Assembly: GCA_004524535.1 (NCBI GenBank)
Contig: SDNY01000114.1
Span: 1 to 11,181 of the forward strand
DNA from: Promethearchaeota archaeon
GTDB lineage: Archaea > Asgardarchaeota > Lokiarchaeia > Sigyniarchaeales > SOKP01
Direction: 5' to 3'
Length of the DNA stretch: 11,181 nt
Shown: in pieces, positions 7,029 to 11,181 of the stretch
Layout: each line of letters starts with the position of its first letter
Position numbering within the stretch: position 1 is the first letter of the stretch
Position numbers and translations under genes: made by a program
The notes under the pieces: model-generated
Told to the model about the DNA's origin: nothing
The model's database searches: none
The model's input: only the letters and a program-made list of their open reading frames with translations

Positions 7029-10001
7029 ATGAATCAGTTAGAAATCAATGAAAGAATTGAAAAATTTAAAGAATCGTTAAATTTGCTTGCGATGATATTC
7101 GAAACAAGAAGAAAAATGCGTAAGGAAATAAATAACAAGGAAACTGGTTTTATTTTTAATGCCAAATATCAATTCAATACTCGCGATGGTGAAGTTAATA
7201 TTTACTTAATTTTTGAAAACGGTAAAATGACGGTTCATGAGGGAACGATTAATGATCCAAATGTGACTATATATTATAAAGATAAGGAGACTTTGGCTAA
7301 ACTTTATGACAAAAGTGCTGAAGAATCACTAAATTACCTTTTAACAAACGAAATGGGTTATACGGGCAACATGTCGTACCTCACTAAATTCTCTTATATA
7401 ACTTCACTTCTTATGGGTGCTAAAATAAAAGGTTATAAAGGTCCTGAAAACCGATTAATGTATCCACTTGAAGATATTGATAAGGGAAAAAAGAGTAGGA
7501 AACTCAAAAATGAAATTTTAAATCGTAAGATAGATAATGTTCAAGTTTTAGAAGATCCTTATTTAGGAAAATATTCATTGGACGATTTTCCAAGATTACA
7601 GTATTTAAAGAATAGGCGTTTTGCCTTGAGACCGGCGATTTGTGTTGAGAGGGCCAAATTGTTAACTGAATACCACCGAAAGAACGGTTTTGAAGTTGAT
7701 AATTCAGGAAATCCAATTGATCCTGAATTGCGTCAGGCAAAGGCGGTGAATCATATATTAACAAATAAGAAACCGATAATCCACGATAAACACTTAATAG
7801 CGGGTTCTACTACTTCGAAAGAAGTTGGTATCCCGATTTATCCCGAATTTATTGGGACTGCTATTTGGCCAGAATTGAAAACCATTTGCGATCGCGAACT
7901 TAATCCTAACGATATTTCCCCTAAAGATGCTGATATATTAGATTTTGAAGTCTTTCCATATTGGATGGATCGAAACGTCCGGGAGTATTGCCGAAAAAAA
8001 TTCAATAATCCTATATCACAGCAATTAGAAGAGCGTTGGGTACTTTATTTTATGATGAAAAATAACGCCGTTTCACATACCGTTCCAGGTTTTCCAATGG
8101 TTATTAACGAAGGATTAGAAAGTATAAGAAATAAAGCTAAAGAAAAGGAAAAAGAAGCTGTTTCTGAAGATAAAAAGACGTTTTATAAATCCATTCAAAA
8201 TGCAATTGACGGAGTTTTAGAATATGCTAAACATTTAAGCGATGAAGCCTTAAGAATTATAGATACCCTAGATCCAAACGACACTGAACAATCTAAAAGA
8301 ATAGAAGAATTAAAAGAAATCTCCAAAATATGTGCTAAAGTTCCTGCTAAACCAGCAGAAACATTATACGAGGCAGTTCAATCAATTTGGACTACTTTTG
8401 TTTGTCTGCATTGCGAGAATGCTAATTCAGCCTTATCGATTGGTAGGCTTGATCAAATGTTACAACCCTTCTTTTTGAAGGATATCTCGAAGGCTAAAAA
8501 CGAGGAAGAGAAAGAAATAATTATAAAAAAGACTATAGAACTTGTAGGATCTTTATTCTTGAGAATTAATGATCACGATCCATGCATTCCAAATGTTGGT
8601 TGGAAATTATTCGGTGGCAGCTCGTCCGATGACACCGTAACAGTGGGAGGAGTTAATCAAGATGGAAATAATGCTGTATGTGATCTGACTTTTATTATTT
8701 TAAAAGTAGCAGAAATGCATTGTATGCAAGATCCAAACATGAATGCTAGGTATTATTCAGGTATTAATTCAAAAGAATATTTAAGACGCTTATGTGAAGT
8801 AAATATAAATACGGGCGCCTCACCGGCTATTCATAACGATAAAACAATGATAGATGCGCTCGTTCATCAGGGAATACCGATTGAAGATGCAAGGGATTGG
8901 GCTGCTACTGGTTGCGTTGAACCAACTATCGTAGGTAGACATTACGGTCATACTAACTGTATGATGTTAAACATGGTAGCGCCATTGGAAATGACCTTGA
9001 ATAATGGCTTTTTTCCAACAATGGGAGATAAATTCGGACTTGAGACGGGTGATGTTCTAACATCTTTCCCAACTTTCGAAGATTTTTACAATGCTTATAA
9101 GACTCAACTTAAGTATTTAATAGACAATTCTATTGAATTTAATAATTATTTAGGAATTGCGCATCAATATATTCATCCCACTCCACTTTTATCCTCAATG
9201 TTTAACGGACCATTAGAGAAAGGTAAAGATCTTATTCAAGGGGGTGCTATCTATAATACTTCGGGTGTAGCTTTAGTGGCTTTAACTGATATTGTTGATA
9301 GTCTATTAGTAATAAGGGATTTAATTTATAAAAAGAAAGAATTAGATTTTCAAACCTTAATGGCCGCCATTGAAAAGAATTTTGAAGAGGATGGTGCCGC
9401 AGATGTATTAAGAAAAATACAAAAAGTACCTAAATTTGGTTCTGATGAACCTGAGACTACTGAGATTGCCCATGATTTGATAAATTTCTGTTATGATGCA
9501 TATCTATCGCAAGATAATTATAGAGGTGGAAAATATCTAGTGGGATATTGGTCTATAAGCTATCATGTAGGTTTTGGAATGCTATCGGGTGCTTTACCCT
9601 CTGGTAGAAAAAAAGGTAAGGCATTTACTCATGGCTTAACACCTGCTCCAGCTCTCACAGGTGATCAATTGCTTCAAAACATTCACACAATCGCCAGTTT
9701 AGACCACTTAAAAATGCCAAATAACGCTTCTTTTAACGTAAAAGTTATACCTCACCCAAACGATTCACATGAAGAAACCTTAAATTATTTTACGAGTTAT
9801 GTGCAGACCTTTTTCGATGAAGGCGGAATGCAATGGCAGTTTAATGTGATAACATCAGACACATTGAGAGATGCAATGGAAAATCCTGATGATTATCGTT
9901 GGCTCATTGTTCGAGTTTCGGGATATAACGCCTACTTCACGAAATTAAATAAAGATATGCAAATAGAATTGATTGAACGAACAGAATTTCAGACAAGATG
10001 A
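7029..10001 (+). CDS. Glycyl radical enzyme (PFL2/eliminase-like) with N-terminal SCP2-like extension
   Basis: Gly loop IVRVSGYNAYF (Gly965, nt 9921); Cys loop WAATGCVEP (Cys629, nt 8913); AICVERAKLLT, PAETLYEAVQSIW, SIGRLDQ, TVGG, GALPSGRKKG, QWQFNV; about 180 extra N-terminal residues. Confidence 0.95.
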   Translation: MNQLEINERIEKFKESLNLLAMIFETRRKMRKEINNKETGFIFNAKYQFNTRDGEVNIYLIFENGKMTVHEGTINDPNVTIYYKDKETLAKLYDKSAEESLNYLLTNEMGYTGNMSYLTKFSYITSLLMGAKIKGYKGPENRLMYPLEDIDKGKKSRKLKNEILNRKIDNVQVLEDPYLGKYSLDDFPRLQYLKNRRFALRPAICVERAKLLTEYHRKNGFEVDNSGNPIDPELRQAKAVNHILTNKKPIIHDKHLIAGSTTSKEVGIPIYPEFIGTAIWPELKTICDRELNPNDISPKDADILDFEVFPYWMDRNVREYCRKKFNNPISQQLEERWVLYFMMKNNAVSHTVPGFPMVINEGLESIRNKAKEKEKEAVSEDKKTFYKSIQNAIDGVLEYAKHLSDEALRIIDTLDPNDTEQSKRIEELKEISKICAKVPAKPAETLYEAVQSIWTTFVCLHCENANSALSIGRLDQMLQPFFLKDISKAKNEEEKEIIIKKTIELVGSLFLRINDHDPCIPNVGWKLFGGSSSDDTVTVGGVNQDGNNAVCDLTFIILKVAEMHCMQDPNMNARYYSGINSKEYLRRLCEVNINTGASPAIHNDKTMIDALVHQGIPIEDARDWAATGCVEPTIVGRHYGHTNCMMLNMVAPLEMTLNNGFFPTMGDKFGLETGDVLTSFPTFEDFYNAYKTQLKYLIDNSIEFNNYLGIAHQYIHPTPLLSSMFNGPLEKGKDLIQGGAIYNTSGVALVALTDIVDSLLVIRDLIYKKKELDFQTLMAAIEKNFEEDGAADVLRKIQKVPKFGSDEPETTEIAHDLINFCYDAYLSQDNYRGGKYLVGYWSISYHVGFGMLSGALPSGRKKGKAFTHGLTPAPALTGDQLLQNIHTIASLDHLKMPNNASFNVKVIPHPNDSHEETLNYFTSYVQTFFDEGGMQWQFNVITSDTLRDAMENPDDYRWLIVRVSGYNAYFTKLNKDMQIELIERTEFQTR

Positions 10002-10077
10002 TTTGCTTTAAATATATTAAAAAAACTAACAAATAGTTCATTTAACTCAGTTTTTAATTTTTTATATCATAATAATA

Positions 10078-10971
10078 ATGAAAACACTTATCGTAAATGT
10101 TAAAAGAAATTCGTTAGACGACGGGCCTGGTATCAGAACTGTTATTTTTTTTAAGGGATGCCCTCTTTCTTGTGTGTGGTGCCAAAATCCAGAGGCAAAA
10201 TCACCTTCTCAAGAAATATCGTTCAATAAAGAAAATTGTATAAGTTGTAAAAAATGCTTTGAAGCTTGTGAAATTGGGGCAATTGATTTCTCTTATAAAT
10301 ATAGAATTCATCGTGATAAATGTAATTTATGTGGAAATTGTATAGATACTTGTGAATATGATGCTTTAGAATTTACCGGAAAGGTTTATGATATTGAGAT
10401 TTTAACTAAATTAATATTAAAAGATAAAAGATTTTATGAAAATTCTGGAGGAGGGGTTACCTTATCAGGTGGAGAGCCTACACTTCATATAACCTATGTA
10501 AATGAATTATTAAAAGAACTTAAGAAAGATAATATTCATATATGTCTTGAAACTTGCGGATATTATAATCGAGAAAAATTCAATAATTTAATTCTACCTT
10601 ACTTAGATTTAATTTATTTTGATTTGAAAATTTATGATTCGGATTTATTTAAGAAATATTGTAAGATTTCTAACAAGGTGATTTTTCAAAATTTCGAAAA
10701 TCTAATCCAAGATAAGAAAGTGGAAGTGTTACCAAGGATTCCATTAATTCCTAAAATCACAGCAACCAAAGATAATTTAACAGTATTAGCGAATTATTTA
10801 AAATGTAATAAAATTAAAAAAATTGGATTTTTACCATATAATCCCCTATGGCTTTCTAAAACAGAATATATCGGTATTAAAGCAAATTATACTCATTCAA
10901 ATTGGTTAAGTCAAAATGAGAAAAAAAAAATTAAGGAAATCTTTTCTGACTTTGAATTTAGAGATTTTTAA
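10078..10971 (+). CDS. Glycyl-radical activating enzyme (radical SAM, with ferredoxin-like insertion)
   Basis: DGPGIRTVIFFKGCPLSCVWCQNPE (Cx3Cx2C); CISCKKCFEAC and CNLCGNCIDTC; GGVTLSGGEP, LETCG, FDLK, LPYN. Confidence 0.96.
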   Translation: MKTLIVNVKRNSLDDGPGIRTVIFFKGCPLSCVWCQNPEAKSPSQEISFNKENCISCKKCFEACEIGAIDFSYKYRIHRDKCNLCGNCIDTCEYDALEFTGKVYDIEILTKLILKDKRFYENSGGGVTLSGGEPTLHITYVNELLKELKKDNIHICLETCGYYNREKFNNLILPYLDLIYFDLKIYDSDLFKKYCKISNKVIFQNFENLIQDKKVEVLPRIPLIPKITATKDNLTVLANYLKCNKIKKIGFLPYNPLWLSKTEYIGIKANYTHSNWLSQNEKKKIKEIFSDFEFRDF

Positions 10972-10989
10972 ATTCTGTTTTTATTTCTT
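10972..10989 (+). terminator. Possible archaeal oligo-T terminator after the activase
   Basis: attctgtttttatttctt directly after the stop. T-tracts are common in this AT-rich DNA, so the evidence is weak. Confidence 0.3.
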
Positions 10990-11090
10990 AAAATATTTTG
11001 AAAATAAAAGCGATTAAAGTTTTAATTAAATCAAAAACAAAATTAAATGTAATATAAAAAAATTAACCTAAAATCTAAAGTGAGAATATA

Positions 11091-11181
11091 TTGGATGATG
11101 AAGAAATAAAGAAAAATGCTGAATTTTTAATAAAGAATCTTGCTGGGACAGAAGTTGAGGGATCTGTAAAGATAAGTATTA
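11091..11181 (+). CDS. Partial (5' end only) hypothetical protein
   Basis: TTG at 11091 opens MDDEEIKKNAEFLIKNLAGTEVEGSVKISI.. to the window edge; AAGTGAG RBS-like motif at 11078-11084. Confidence 0.55.
   Translation, partial: MDDEEIKKNAEFLIKNLAGTEVEGSVKISI

Noticed and set aside
7504-7764. 86-aa - strand ORF
   Set aside because: Antisense inside the GRE gene.
7029-10001. Calling the GRE PFL, CutC, NrdD or alkyl/benzylsuccinate synthase
   Set aside because: No CC pair (PFL); His instead of the CutC Asp; no ATP-cone or Zn-site features (NrdD); CVE loop and no small subunits (not fumarate-adding).
1-11181. CRISPR arrays, tRNA/rRNA genes, IS elements, inteins
   Set aside because: No regularly spaced repeats, GC-rich structured RNA segments, transposase ORFs or intein motifs were seen. 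The extra GRE length is N-terminal, not an internal insertion.

Overview
AT-rich archaeal-looking chromosomal window. Archaeal-type Asd, a short NOG1 GTPase, methanofuran genes, an archaeal VapB-type antitoxin and GGTGA-type RBSs suggest an Asgard/Lokiarchaeia-like anaerobe, though this is inference. Left half: partial membrane-protein ORF, asd, PAP2 phosphatase, NOG1-family GTPase, a vapBC pair with an operator-like inverted repeat, and a small beta-helix/2-TM protein. Right half: a co-oriented run mfnF-mfnE-glycyl radical enzyme (GRE)-GRE activase, then a partial ORF. The most notable element is the 990-aa GRE. It has an extra N-terminal SCP2 (sterol-carrier/lipid-binding)-like domain and an eliminase-type GCVEP Cys loop, but its substrate-pocket motifs do not match the characterised GRE classes I recall. 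It is a candidate undescribed radical enzyme acting on a hydrophobic or lipid substrate.
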